Shown one piece after another: positions 11,048-23,694 of a stretch of DNA of 64,000 bases. The notes below the pieces were generated by a model, which did not search any database, was not told where the DNA came from, and was given only the letters and a program-made list of their open reading frames with translations. A program made the position numbers and the translations under genes. This stretch comes from Octopus sinensis (Eukaryota): the NCBI RefSeq assembly GCF_006345805.1, contig NC_043014.1, forward strand, positions 26,536,001 through 26,600,000, read 5' to 3'. Each line of letters starts with the position of its first letter. Position 1 is the stretch's first letter.

Positions 11048-14000
11048 TTATGTGGTAACATCCATTCGCAACTTTCGTGCTACATTTTTCCATCGTTCTT
11101 CATACACTCTCCTAGTCAGGCATATTCTCTCCAGCCCTATCTTCTTTTTCAGGTGAAAGATGAAATAATTCATCAAACCAGGGCCGGAGATGAACTTGCC
11201 TGACTGTAAACCTTTCATTCTCGTCTTCCATATCACCTCTTTCGCAATTGCTACTACAACGAGAAAACAATTCTTACCTTCTTTCGCGAGGAAATCTGGT
11301 GGGTCAATTTTTGTAATCGATTCAGTCGACAGCTGTACTCTTCGTGTGCTTGACAACAGCTGTTCGGCATAAACCCACACCTCAGACACGTCCGAACAAT
11401 GAACAATAGCGTGCGGGACGGTTTCCCTATCCCGCTCGCATCTTGGACATATCGGACTGTCTTGGCCACCGTGCCTTGCGAGTTTATCCCGAACAGGTAG
11501 AGCTCCTCTGTAGCATTGCCATGCCAGAGACTTCTGGAAGTTGTCCAGTGTCTTCGGCTCGAACGTACGTCGGAACAGACTGGCCAGCTGATTATCGTCG
11601 AGACCTAGGGTTTCCCCCAAGGTATCTTCACATTCCGCCTCTACCAACCCTCTATAGAAGAATGTGGTGGAACCCCCACCGCAGGCGTTGCCCGAGCGAC
11701 GGAATAGCAGGAGAGCCTTGCGACACTCCGTGTACCATGTGCCTAGTTTCCATCTACGATTCAGCCAGGTTTCCCATCCACCGAAACTAGTGAACTTGGG
11801 AAACATCAGTTTTGCTAGCGGAGACCACACCCGTTCACCATCCAGGTAGAGCTACAGATGTCTTAACCTCAGCGCATGTCTGCGCATCATCAGCCAAGGC
11901 ATCCCTAGCCCACCCTTTAACGGTTGTTGACAGCAAGTAGAGCGTTTCACAAGTGGTTTTCCGCCCTTCCACAAGAAGTAGAAGAGCTCTCTTTCCAACT
12001 TGATCAACCACGAATCAGGGCAAGGAACGACGGAAAGGCGGTAGGTGATAACCGATGCGATAAACACATTGGCTACCTCCACCCTCCCTTTCAGGTCTTG
12101 GTTACTGCAGCCACCCTGCTCGATACCTCGCCCCAATTCTTCTCTATTTGGAGGTCTGGACCGAACCAAACCCCTAGCAACTTAATCGGACCCTCCGTCC
12201 AACGTCCCACGACGCTGTCAGGAGGCATCGACTTGCCTCTCCAGGTGCCGAGTTGCAAGCCGACTGACTTTTCGCGATTAACTTTTGCTCCTGTCACCGT
12301 CTCGTAAACCTCTATGGCCTTGCCTACTTTACGTAGGTGGTCCATTTCGGTTACGATGATGGTGATGTCATCCGCGTACGCTGACACCGATTTTCCACAA
12401 CCTGGCTGTCTCGGGATGCCGCTCAGTTTTCGCAGTAATGGCTCAAGAGCCATCACATACAAAAGCGGGGAGAGCGGACACCCTTGACGGACCGAGCGCT
12501 TGATGTTGAACGGCTTCGACAAGAAGCCGTTCACCCGAACTACCGAGTCGATGTTGTCGTAAATTTGGATAATCCACCTGAGGAAGCCGAGGCTCAACCC
12601 GAACTGTGCTAGGGCAGATACCAGGTAACGATGGTCGACCCTATCAAATGCTTTAGATTGGTCTAAATGGACCAGTGCTCCACCCTTGCCAGAATCGCTA
12701 TTAAACCCCTCTATAGTGTACCGCATAAGATGGAGATTATCCTGAATGGTTCTGCCCGGAACGGCACATGTCTGTGCCTCCCCGATCAGACCATCCGCGA
12801 CACGCGCCAATCTTTTCGATAACACTTTGGCCAAAATCTTCAACTCTCTGTTTAGCAGAGTGATGGGCCTAAAATTATCAATGCACTCCCCCTTGCTCGG
12901 GTCCTTTCTAACGAGTGTCACTACTCCCCGGCGCACAGATCTGGGTATGAGCCCGTTCTGCTGCCAGTTCGCATAGACCTCCGCCAGTAGGTGCCCGAAC
13001 AAGTCTGGCATACTCTTATATAACTCATAGGGTAGACCATCTAAACCCGGCGCCTTGCCCGCGCCGCAGTCCGCCATCGCCTCAACCACCTCCCCAGGCG
13101 TGATTGGCCCTTCACAGCCCTCCGCATCTCGCCCCGATAAGCGCGGCAGCCCGTCGAGGAGGTCCGTAAAGGCCCTCCTCCTATCCAGTCCGCCGCACTC
13201 ACCGAAAAGCTGAGCGAAGTGCTCCTGAAAGGCCTCACACATCTCCTCGGGCTCATTTATCAACTCACCTCGTTGGTTCGTCATAGATCGAATCGTGGCA
13301 TCGTTATCACGCTGAGCTTCCACCACTCGGGCCCATCTCACGGCGTTGATTCCTTCACAACCCATATGGCGGATCCTAGCCCTGACAATGCAGCCCATGT
13401 GTTTGGCCTCGAGGTGCTGGTTTAATACCAGTCTCTTGGACATCACCTGAGCCGCAGAGCCAGTTTTCAAGGCTTCCTCTAATTCCTTAACTAGAGTAGA
13501 TTCCCTCCTAGCCTCTCTAGCCTCTCTAGCCACTACTCCTATGCTATATCTAATTGACTCGAATTTGATGGCTCGTTTGAGGGCGTACCACCATTTGTTA
13601 TTAATGATGGTACCCGATAGTGCCCTCTGAATTATAGTCCTAATCCGGTCTTTGTACTCCTTAATCGCCAAAAGGGACGTATTAAGTTTCCAGTAACCGG
13701 ACCCTCTATTTTTAACCTTATCTATGTCAAGCTTACAGGTGACCATTTTATGATCACTGTAGCTGACCAGGTAAAACCGTGGACACAGCTATTTTTCTGT
13801 CTACTTTTCTAATTAGTATCATATCTATGTATGACCTGGAAGATCCGTCGCTGTTTGACCATGTCCACAATGGAGCGTTCGGAAATTCCAACCTATAAGG
13901 ATCTGCTAGCTCAAAGTGGCTTAGCAGTTCCAGGAAGCCAATGTTACCTTTTCTATCTGGACGCAAGCCAACACAATCTACATCCGCTTTGCAAATTGTG

Positions 14001-14427
14001 TTAAAGTCTCCTAGCACAACTAATGAATGCGAAGTACCAAGAAAGTTTTCCAGTTCTCGAAAATAATCACTTTGCCGTTTTTGTTTGGATGCGTAAATTG
14101 CAACCAGTCTGATAACTTTACCGTTACTGAACGTCAAATCCATGACGACCAGCCTACCTTCTGGGTCTGAAAAAATTAACTTTTTCTCAAAAACCCGGTT
14201 TCTTTTTAATAGGACCAACACCCCACCCCCGCCTGTCGGACTGGTCGGAGAGAAAAAACTCTCGTAGCCGTCAAACAGCGGGAGTAGACCTCTTGCCCTT
14301 CTAACCGGGTTTTTGTAGCAATAATAACATCCAAATTACACGACCTGATATCATTAAGGAAGCGACCTTGCTTCCAGCTTGATCCCAGGCCGCGCACATT
14401 TAAACAACCAACATAAATGTAATCCAT
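11048..14427 (-). pseudogene. Tx1 ORF2 (APE endonuclease, RT, C-terminal zinc finger), about 5 frameshifts
   Basis: GCLNVRGL, VLGDFN, GSGYWKLN, APGLDGL, FRPITLLN, DQSKAFDRV, RQGCPLSP, AYADD, CPRC...ETVPH. Confidence 0.93.
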
Positions 14428-14435
14428 GACTTACC

Positions 14436-14741
14436 TTATATCAGTGGTTCGACTTTTCCTTTCTCTTTTTCCTCTTTTTCTGGGCCTCGTGGGGGAGTCT
14501 GACGCAGGCCCTCGAATATATATGGAGATGTTATATCCATTCTGAGCGGGCCCACGTCATGAAAGAATTCGGACTTTATCCGCCCGTAATCCTTCCGGCC
14601 TATTCTGTACACTATATAGTCATTTTTTTTTCCTATTTTTTCCACTTTGGCCATAGCTGCCAACACATTCCCGAGTCTGTTGTTCGATGCCTTAACGGCC
14701 ATAAATGAGTTCATCGACTCTCTTTTCTTCTTTTGGATCAC
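14436..14741 (-). CDS. 101-aa ORF in the -1 frame after ORF1; probably the ORF1 C-terminal part
   Basis: The -1 frame is open from the A7 run near 14768-14774. Weakly similar to 43264-43512. Confidence 0.45.
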   Translation of the reverse strand: MIQKKKRESMNSFMAVKASNNRLGNVLAAMAKVEKIGKKNDYIVYRIGRKDYGRIKSEFFHDVGPLRMDITSPYIFEGLRQTPPRGPEKEEKEKGKVEPLI

Positions 14742-15829
14742 TTTGGGAGGGGTGGTTTCAGTTTTTCTTTTTTTGTAGTAATTTTTGACCAGCCCTCCTC
14801 ATTTTTCGTTACCTCGCTCTTTTTTTCCTCCGTCGCTGGTTCCACTGTCTCTGTCACCTCCACACCTTCAGCCGTCCCTTCTGGGCCGCCCGGCGCTGCT
14901 ACTGGTGACACTTCTTCTTCTTTTCCACCTGGCTGAGCTGCTTCCTGCGGTTTGGGTTGGGGTTGGCATTCCGCCCTTACATGCCCCTTCTTGCCGCAGC
15001 CGAAGCACCTCGGCTTTCTGCCCTCTACGAAAACTGTTACTCTATCTTCTTCGCTTATTTTTAGAGTCTCTGGAATCTCCTCCGGTGTTTGAATTTCTGC
15101 CTGGATGGCTATTATTATCCGCTGTCCTTTCCAGAATTCTTCGTCCTCTACTGTGGCCTGGAGGATGTTTATTTTTTCCTCCAGGCCTACCATAACTGCT
15201 GCCACCAGACATTCGGCATCCGCTTCTGGCGGAATATTATTCATGGTGATTTTTGATGTTCTTTTTCCTCTATACAGGGGGAGGAGAACAATGTTCTCCG
15301 CTTTTATTGGCTCCATAGATAGTTTTTTAGCTATCTCCTCTGTTGTGAATCGCACCTCCACGGTGCCGTATCTCTTTCCTCTATTGATGTATGTGATCTT
15401 ATTCATTATTGGTTTTAAGCAATTTTCAATTTTTTTTTCCTCAATTTTTTGTATCATTTTGCTTGTATTAAAGGTCTTATAAATTATTATTCTTTTAGCA
15501 ATTTCTTCCTGTTTTGGGGCGTTTGTGACCACTGTCACTTCCGTGCCCTCTTTTGTCACACAGTCCGCATATTTCTTTAGGTATTCGACGTTTATTTTTT
15601 TGATTTTCTTACCAGCTACTTCTGAAAATTTTTTCGCTGGAGCTGGAATATCTTTTTTCATTGGCGACACCGCCTCTTTTTTCTTTGGCGACACCGCCGG
15701 TGATTCTGCTTCACTAGTCACAGGGGAATATGAGATGGGGGATTCCATCTCGAACAACTGGCTTAACAAGCCCTTGGCACAACCAAGATAAGTGATATTT
15801 TTTCCCCACGGAGGGGGGAACACCACCAC
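14738..15829 (-). CDS. Tx1 ORF1 gag-like protein (363 aa, open)
   Basis: CFGCGKKGHVRAEC zinc knuckle, followed by a low-complexity tail. Confidence 0.85.
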   Translation of the reverse strand: MVVFPPPWGKNITYLGCAKGLLSQLFEMESPISYSPVTSEAESPAVSPKKKEAVSPMKKDIPAPAKKFSEVAGKKIKKINVEYLKKYADCVTKEGTEVTVVTNAPKQEEIAKRIIIYKTFNTSKMIQKIEEKKIENCLKPIMNKITYINRGKRYGTVEVRFTTEEIAKKLSMEPIKAENIVLLPLYRGKRTSKITMNNIPPEADAECLVAAVMVGLEEKINILQATVEDEEFWKGQRIIIAIQAEIQTPEEIPETLKISEEDRVTVFVEGRKPRCFGCGKKGHVRAECQPQPKPQEAAQPGGKEEEVSPVAAPGGPEGTAEGVEVTETVEPATEEKKSEVTKNEEGWSKITTKKEKLKPPLPK

Positions 15830-16574
15830 GAAGTCCTCGCACGAAGGCTGACTTCAACAGTTGTACAGCAATAAACAAAGACAGGTAGACACACAGTAGA
15901 ATATAACGGAGAAAATATATACGATGGCAAAAATATAATAACTTACTACACACGTGGACTGCTTTCCTCCATGCGTTCAAATCTTTTTTCTCTACATTGT
16001 ATACTTTATAGACAATAGTCTTTTCTTTAATTTAATTTTTTATTATCCATCTGGACTATTCCATTTCTGCACGCTAATTTTAGTTTTAATTTATCCCCAT
16101 TCATGTGAAACCACTTATTAAAGTTCAAGTCATTGATGCAATTTTATACCAATTGCTATTTTTACTTTTTTATGTTACGATTATATTACACTTTAGTTTG
16201 ATTTTAATTATTACTTACTACATATAATTCAATTGTTATAATTATTTTTATTGTTAAAGTGAAAGTATCTGACATAAAATAGAGAAATGTTTTTGTTTCA
16301 CTTTTAACACGTAATACTGAAATAGTGGAGAAGTTATGATATTGCAATGGGCTCGCTCTAGCCAAAAAGTTGAACATTTTTTCCATGAAACTACATGGAC
16401 CCTAAGTAAGGCATGTGTAAAATTTGAATGAAATTGGTTGTGTAGTTCTCAAGTTTTAGGGAAACACACAGACAGACACACATTCTCAGTTTTATATATA
16501 TAAAGATATATACATATATATATATGTATGTATATATGCATATATATTATTTATATTATATATATACACTTGCT

Positions 16575-16960
16575 TCAATCACTTGACTGCGGCCATGCTG
16601 GAGCACCGCCTTTTTGTCAAAGGAACCGACCCCAGGACTTATTCTTTGTAAGACTGGTACTTATTCTATGAGTTTTTTTTTGCCGAACCGCTATATTACA
16701 GGGATGTAAACATACTAACATCGGTTGTCAAGCGATGGTTGTGGGGACAAACACAGATACAAAGACAAACACAAATACATATGTGTGTGTGTATACGACG
16801 AGTTTCTTTCCGTTTCCGTCTAAGAAATCCACTCACAAGGTTTTAGTCGGCCCGTGGCTATAGTAGAAGGTACTTGCCCAAGGTGCCACGCAGTGAGACC
16901 GAACTCAGAAATATGTGGTTGGGAAGCAAGCTTCTTATCACACAGTCACGCCTACGCCTG
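16575..16960 (-). mobile_element. tRNA-derived SINE (Octopus-type family 2)
   Basis: ggccatgctggagcaccgcc...cccaaggtgccacgcagtg...gggaagcaagcttctta. Related pieces at 20035-20170 (-), 22300-22440 (-) and 45320-45465 (+). Confidence 0.85.
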
Positions 16961-17075
16961 TATATTTGAGTTCGTGTCTATGTATGTAAATATATATGCA
17001 TATATATATAGATAGGTGTTTGTCTGGGTGTGTGTGTATTAAAGCAGAAACCTGGAAAATGTTATTATTTATTCC

Positions 17076-17154
17076 ATATTACATTTTTCTTCACCAAGAG
17101 GTAAACATGTAGGAAAACCTGTATAACATCTCCTAGTGGCAATTCATCAGATAT
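17076..17154 (-). ncRNA. Type I hammerhead candidate with one stem III mismatch
   Basis: AUAU CUGAUGA ... cacuaggag/cucuuggug (9 bp) ... GAAA AAUG UA|AUAU. Stem III would be ACAUGU if 17085 were C. Confidence 0.5.
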
Positions 17155-17195
17155 TAAAATAATACAAGCTTACATTAAATTGAGCTGCTTACACA

Positions 17196-17260
<65 letters not shown>

Positions 17261-18826
17261 GCACACACACACAAAAATGGTAACAAAAACAGGACAGTAA
17301 AAATACAAGACAGTAAAAATACAAATAAAAATAAAAACAGTAAACGACAGGACAAATAGAACAACAGTAATACGAACGTTAAGGGCTGTTAAGCCGAACG
17401 AAGAGATGTTATTTTGAACGCGTGAAAACATCGGCATAAGAAAGGAATAGAATGCCGTCTACACCTGTTGAAGACTGGGGTCAGAAAGACAGGACCCTGG
17501 TCACATGTCAGTGACGAGAAGGAGGAGGAATAGTAAGAGAAAGGGAACGGTGAAAGGGAGAGAATGGTAGAGAAAACCAGAAAGAATGAAGAATGAGCGA
17601 GAGGGGGACAGTAAGGTTAGAAAAATAGAGACAGTAAGGTTAAGAGTGCGCATCAATAATTATTAAGATAAAACTTACTTGGAAGAGGGTGCGTGGCGTT
17701 TCGTCATATAGTAACAAAATAATAAATAAAACATATGCATATATACATATATGTACGTATCTACATCTATATGTATATATACATGCATATATAGGTACAG
17801 GACACCAAAAAAACGTCGAACACAAAGAGAAACGAAAACATGTATGTATATATATATATATATATATATATTGCAAACTAGGACGACTGACTGCCATGTC
17901 TAGCACACAGGTATAACCTCCACCGACAAAGGTTTATACCCTGAAACTAGAAGGTCTACTGGTTCTGTCATCTCTAGATGGGAGTTGTTAGCTCTATTGT
18001 TTGCAATATAACGGACATAGTGTGTCGTCAACCAGGTGGAGGGAATGTCCTCCTGGTGTTACAAAGAGTATTAACAATGTTCTGTATGGAACAACCACGT
18101 TGAGGTGGTAACAACCGTTATATATATATATATATACACCGTATACTCATATTCACTTAAAATTATAAAAATGCATATTTCTTTTTAATCAGAGAGTATA
18201 TTTTACAAGTGACAGAGAAAACTAGAATATTAATGTTCATTTCTTTTACAAGCGCTATGTTAATGTGCAAAGGTAAAATGTGTTCAACAAATTTTCGAAT
18301 CGCATCTTGTTAAGAAATTCAGTAAAGCGCACTCGTAAAATATGTCGCTCCCCAGGTTTATCGCTTGGTTGAACCGTTAGGAAGTCAGCCAATATGCCCA
18401 GCAGTATTTAGCTACAAATGTTTAGGAGATGAACAAAATTTCTTCTGAAGACAAGTTAGACTTTCATTCCTCCGGATTTGATAAAATGATGCTTTTTCCA
18501 TGTACTGAAGTCGATGTTATCAAAAATACTTCTTCAGGAAACACAATAATTTGTGGCTATATTCAAAATATATATGTAAGAAAATTTTTGTTATGTCCAC
18601 AATTAGATGTTATTTTGATAATGAATATTATGAAAACTAAGCGAATTGGTTTTATGATATTACTAGTTCTCACGGAAAGGGACCAAAGAAATACTTGACT
18701 CAATTTGGTTTTTGAATGCCTAATGCTAGGGGTCAGAAGTAAATGCTGCAAAGTTCAGCTTCATGCACTACTATTTTTGATATCAAACATAAACATACAT
18801 ACATACATATGTATATCCGTGTGTAA

Positions 18827-18901
<75 letters not shown>

Positions 18902-19964
18902 ATACAAAAATGGGACAAGAACGCAGAAGCAAAACACCCAGACAGGTAATACAAAAAAAAGGGGACAGCAAAATATCCTGACAGACAATACAAAGAAAAC
19001 AGGGACGGATCATTCGGAGTGTTCTTTCTTCAGTCGAGTTCCAGATTATCCTTGCAATTTCGGCTGGTTATACTCGAGATTGCTCCAATCTGACCAGCCC
19101 CAAGGAAAAACTACGCTAAGAGCATTAGATTCCTTAGAAGAAAGTAGCAAATGTATACGAAAACAATGACGGAAAAAACGGAGAAATGTTACACAAATAC
19201 AAATGCAATTAACAGGACATAACAACAGGTGTCTTTCGACTAAGGACGTATTAAATTAAGGTGATGTGTGTGGAAGTAAAGCCTTACGACAGGGACATAA
19301 GATTAGACAGACACAGGGAGGAATATAGATGTTGCACGGATGATAGTCGAACCAAGAAAGAAAGGTCAGGCTTGGCCGAATACCAGTCACGTGGGAACAG
19401 AAGAGAGAAAGGTAGAGGCAGATGGATAGATGAATAAAGGAGGGGTGAAAAAAATGAGACACAGTGAAGTGAAAGAGGACGGAAAGTGAGCATGAAGAGA
19501 AGGCCAAGAAATGTGAGAGAGGGGGAACGAAAGAACGAAGTAAGTGTGAAAGGGTTGATAGAAAGAATGAAAGAATGAAAGAATAATAAGAATAATAGGG
19601 TCGTACAAAATTTAGATATTTTATGGATCAAAACAGTTTGATTCAAATTCTTTGGTACACTTGAGTTCCAAGCTTGATGCTAGTCGTCAGCCATTTTAAA
19701 TTTGGATGTATATATATCTTGTTTCAGTCATTAGAAAGTGGCCATGCTGAGGTACCACGTTTAGTTTCTTTTAGTGAATGAATTGAGCGCAAGAATTATT
19801 TTCCAAAGCCTGGCACTTATTCTATCGGTTGTTTTGTCAAGCTGCTACGTTACTGGAATATAAACACACCAACACCGGTTGCCAAGGAGTAGTGGAAGGG
19901 AGAAACACAGACAAAATACAAATTCACCCCACCCCACCACACACACACACACACTCACACACAT

Positions 19965-20024
<60 letters not shown>

Positions 20025-20217
20025 TATATATATACGTCGGACGTCTTTCAGTTTCTGTCTGTCAGATCCATTCACAGGGCTTTGGCTGGACCGAGGTTAT
20101 TGCCAAAGACAATTGCCGCGTTGTAGAACTGAACCCAAAATTATTTGGTTGGGCAGCAGGCTTCTTACCACTTCTCCGTTTTTTTCCGTTCTCTCTTCAT
20201 ATTTTTGCCACTCACCC

Positions 20218-20253
20218 CTTTCTGTCGAAGAGCGTATGCTCGAAACATCAAAA
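20218..20253 (+). ncRNA. Minimal hammerhead-like motif with CUGUCGA core, degenerate
   Basis: CUGUCGA A GAGC guau GCUC GAAA CAUC. Same family as 38654-38689. Confidence 0.4.
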
Positions 20254-21619
20254 ACTTCTTTTCTTCCCAAACTAATACACCTGCTTGTTGTTCCCTCACC
20301 TGACTTTTCTATTGCTTTCTGTAAATTTGAACCATAAATGTGTGTGTGTGTGTGTGATTGTGTGTGTGTGTGTGTGTGCTTGTGTATGTGTGTAAGGAAG
20401 AAGAGAAGGGGATTGCGTATATTATCCAGGAAAAAAAACACCAGTGCGGAGATATGGGAAGGTTAACACAACAGATCTGTTTAGGCTGGTTACACTTGAG
20501 GCTGTTCTAATCTGGCTGGCCCCAAAAGTCTAAGCTACGATCAACCATTATCATGCTTATGAACTTATTTTGAAGCAAAACTGGTCTCCAATAATTTCAT
20601 CGCAAGATAATACTGTTTATTGATCAGATGATATATTTTGTCAATGATGTATTTGCTGTAGAACTAAGTTTTCGATATAAAATCAAAAGAATTCAGAAGT
20701 ACAACAATATAAAGCAATTAAGATAAAATAACTACTAAATAAGAAGTCAAGCTGTCACGTAGTCTTCTCTAACTTGTTCACAAGATGTTACAGTTTCTTG
20801 TCCAGCTTAGATATTGAGTGAATAATATATTTACTTTAGAAATAGCTTTTCTATATGAAATCAAAACAATCCAGAATTTCAAAAGTATAAAGCAATTGAG
20901 ATAAAATAGCTAGTAAATGGTGTCCAAAAGTTAACATACTGGTGCTTTATCACCTGGTTTGAAGTCGTTCAGATTATGAAATAATTCATCTCACAGAATA
21001 CAATGCCAGTCTTTTACGTTGAAAATGCATAACGCATAAAAATAATATCCTGTTCGAGAATTGCCAGAAATTGAAATACATAATGCAAAAGTGAACACAC
21101 AACGTGGGTGGAAATACTATGCTGCGTAGGACACGTCCATCGCATCAGATGCTAGCAGCAGAGTGATAGTTTTAAGAGAAATTCATGATGGCTTGTAAGT
21201 TTCAGACTTCTTTTAGCCTGCTCAGATTTCGTGATATTTGTACTATGAAAGCGATACCACTTTTCTTGATGCTCGAATAGGATGTTGGCAGGGCTGTAGC
21301 GCAGTTGTGGCGCTTAGATTTTCTCCCTTTCCGCTATAGGTTGGATCAACAAAAAAGTACTCCATGTAATGAGAGATAAATATCAATAATGCTCATACTA
21401 TTAGAATAAATTCCATTAGATGTGTATAGTATGGCTTGTGTCACAAAGTAAATTTTGGGAGCAGGGCATATGATTAGTCCTATTTGAAAACATGAGTGCT
21501 GATTCATGAGAAAACAAGAAAAATTGAGAACGCTGATGCAAAAAGTAGAACGAGTAGAAAATAAAACCAAGAGTTGCGCTGTCTCTGACAGTATAAATCA
21601 TAAATTTATCTAGCTGGTG

Positions 21620-22260
21620 TAGAATAATTCAACTGTGAGGGAGGCAAGTCTGTTTAATTCGGAGAGGGTAGTGTCCTTCAGTTCAACAAAGGGATTTGCC
21701 TATATGCTTGTATTTGCTGAAAATTTCGGTCCTGAAATTTAGTAGTTTAATTAAATACTTGGTTTCAAATAGTATATGCGATCTTTCATAAACTGACCTT
21801 TTTATTTTATTTTTTTTTCGATTGCGCTTTCTTCAAGCACTGCTGTGACTTTGGCCTCATAAATGACTGAGTTTATCAAATACGTCCTGATCGAGTGGGC
21901 AAGCTTAAGGGTCTTGACAATTACCAAGAGGAGACGGCTTTTGGTGTACTTTGCGAGTGATTATGTCCTTCAGTTGTTTCACATTTTTAAAGAGCATCTA
22001 TTAAAAATGTGTTCCTGTATTTATGGTTTAGTGGAAAATGCTACCTCGTAATGTCAATAATATCTGGCTTACTTCAGCTTTAACATTCAGGGAAAAGTGG
22101 GGCGAACAATACCGTTTTCTTAGGTTTATTTTTAGGTTTCTTATTTTAGATTGAAGGGTTATAAGATATCTTATCTTTGAAGCTGCTGCTAGCTTGGGCA
22201 TTGTTATATTGGGGTTGGGTGCTTTATCGAATATTCCTTTCGAAGAGGATATATAACCTC
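21620..22260 (-). mobile_element. Decayed Penelope-like element fragment
   Basis: YCSPHFSLNVKAEVS and NSVIYEAKVTA remnants. Confidence 0.65.
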
Positions 22261-22799
22261 CATCGCATGAAATTATTATCTTTAATCTTTTCATTTTTTT
22301 AATCATTATACTGTGGCCATGCTGAGGCACAGCATTGTGGAACTTTTAGTCGAATGAGTCGACATCAGTACTTACTTTTTTGTTAAGCTTTCTACGTATT
22401 CTATCGGTCGCTTTTGCCGAACCGTTACATTATGGGTGCGTAAAGGCATTCAGAAAAGGGCCTGAGGATTGGTTAGCATTCCATAATTAACGGTCATACC
22501 CCAGCCTTTGGGATACGGGCGTGCTATTTCCTCTTTCTGTCTTTTCCATCCATAGTACAATTAAGAGCTAGTTGATCTCATACCTACATCACTCATGTAC
22601 CCTAATTCAATTTGCCCCTCCACTTCTCATCACTTCTGTTGCTTTGAGCCCATCTACTTTGCAAGAAATACTATGCTCCACTCAATCTACTCTGAAAACT
22701 GGTCATTTGGGATCTCCCCAGTCTATCTTACCCGCAGTGTTAGCCTATAACAATTTAAACAAAATATTGATTTCTAATTTAGGTACAATGTCAGCAAAT

Positions 22800-22980
22800 T
22801 TGAGAGATTTAGCGGTCGATTACATCGATCCCAGTGCTCGACGAATACTTATTATATCGACTTCAAAAGGAAGAATGGCAAATCGATCTCGGAAATGTTT
22901 GAACTCAGAATGTTAAGGCGGACGAAATGCTGTAAGTATTTTGCCCAACGTCCTAACAATTCTTCCAGCTAGCTGCCTAA
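22800..22980 (-). mobile_element. SINE family 1 copy, degenerate
   Basis: gtcgattacatcgatcccagtg...tttgaactcagaatg. Confidence 0.75.
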
Positions 22981-23694
22981 TTTAAACGGAACATTAACGG
23001 CATAAACCACACCGGTCTCTGAGGACCTGTTATGGTTATGGTCACTGCCTCTTCATCTCGACTAAAGAAAACTATGAGAATGTCCACATATATTCGTAAG
23101 TCCGTATATGTCTATATGGCAATTTTACGAAAGAGAAACATTTTCACATTGAACAATATAATTGATAATTCGCTGTTATGGTAATCAGGCACATGGTTGG
23201 CAACATGCTCTGTTTTTGCTTACACTGTACCTTGAATTTTCAAATATTAATTGAATATTGATTTTCTTTTTGCATATTTAGTACATGTCAAATTTATAAA
23301 AAAGAAGAAATGAGATACAAGGGACATTAGTTAAATCAGTGATCTTCACTGATTTAATATATGATGAGTTTTAACATTTGGTGTTGTTTCCTGGTCTACA
23401 CTTGCTCAGGGCTTGCACCTCTCGACTATGTGCTGCTCACGGCCTCCCGCAAAATTTTTATTTCGTACACAACCACAATGCTAATGATACATGAGACGAA
23501 TGGTAATGAGAAGCTGTGGTATTCGTGGCTATTCTAAGACTATAAGAGAGGAAAGACAGATGTGACCACAAAGAGTCATCAGCTAAATGCGCAATCGGAC
23601 CCCAGAATTGTAAATAATGCACACAGTCGTGAAAAAGCTGAATTTATAGTAAATTGAATCATATACACCGTATTATTGGTACTTATTATATTGA

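Larger units (their letters stand above)
10813..15959 (-). mobile_element. Full-length Tx1-like (L1 group) non-LTR retrotransposon with 14-bp TSD
   Basis: TSD tgctttcctccatg at 10799-10812 and 15960-15973. ORF1 with CCHC knuckle, then APE-RT-zinc finger ORF2. Confidence 0.93.
10058..16506 (-). mobile_element. Non-autonomous Helitron B (~1 kb), interrupted by a fold-back cassette and a Tx1 LINE
   Basis: 3' gacccg/cgggtc hairpin plus CTAG at 10058-10061. A|TC start at 16506. Colinear with the uninterrupted copy at 33315-34345. Confidence 0.88.

Noticed and set aside
17895-17965. Hairpin followed by GAAAC...GUC
   Set aside because: There is no CUGANGA upstream.
18995-19040. Minus-strand CUGAAGA...GAAU hammerhead relic
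   Set aside because: GAAA is mutated, stem II is mismatched and stem I does not pair. Counted only as decayed.
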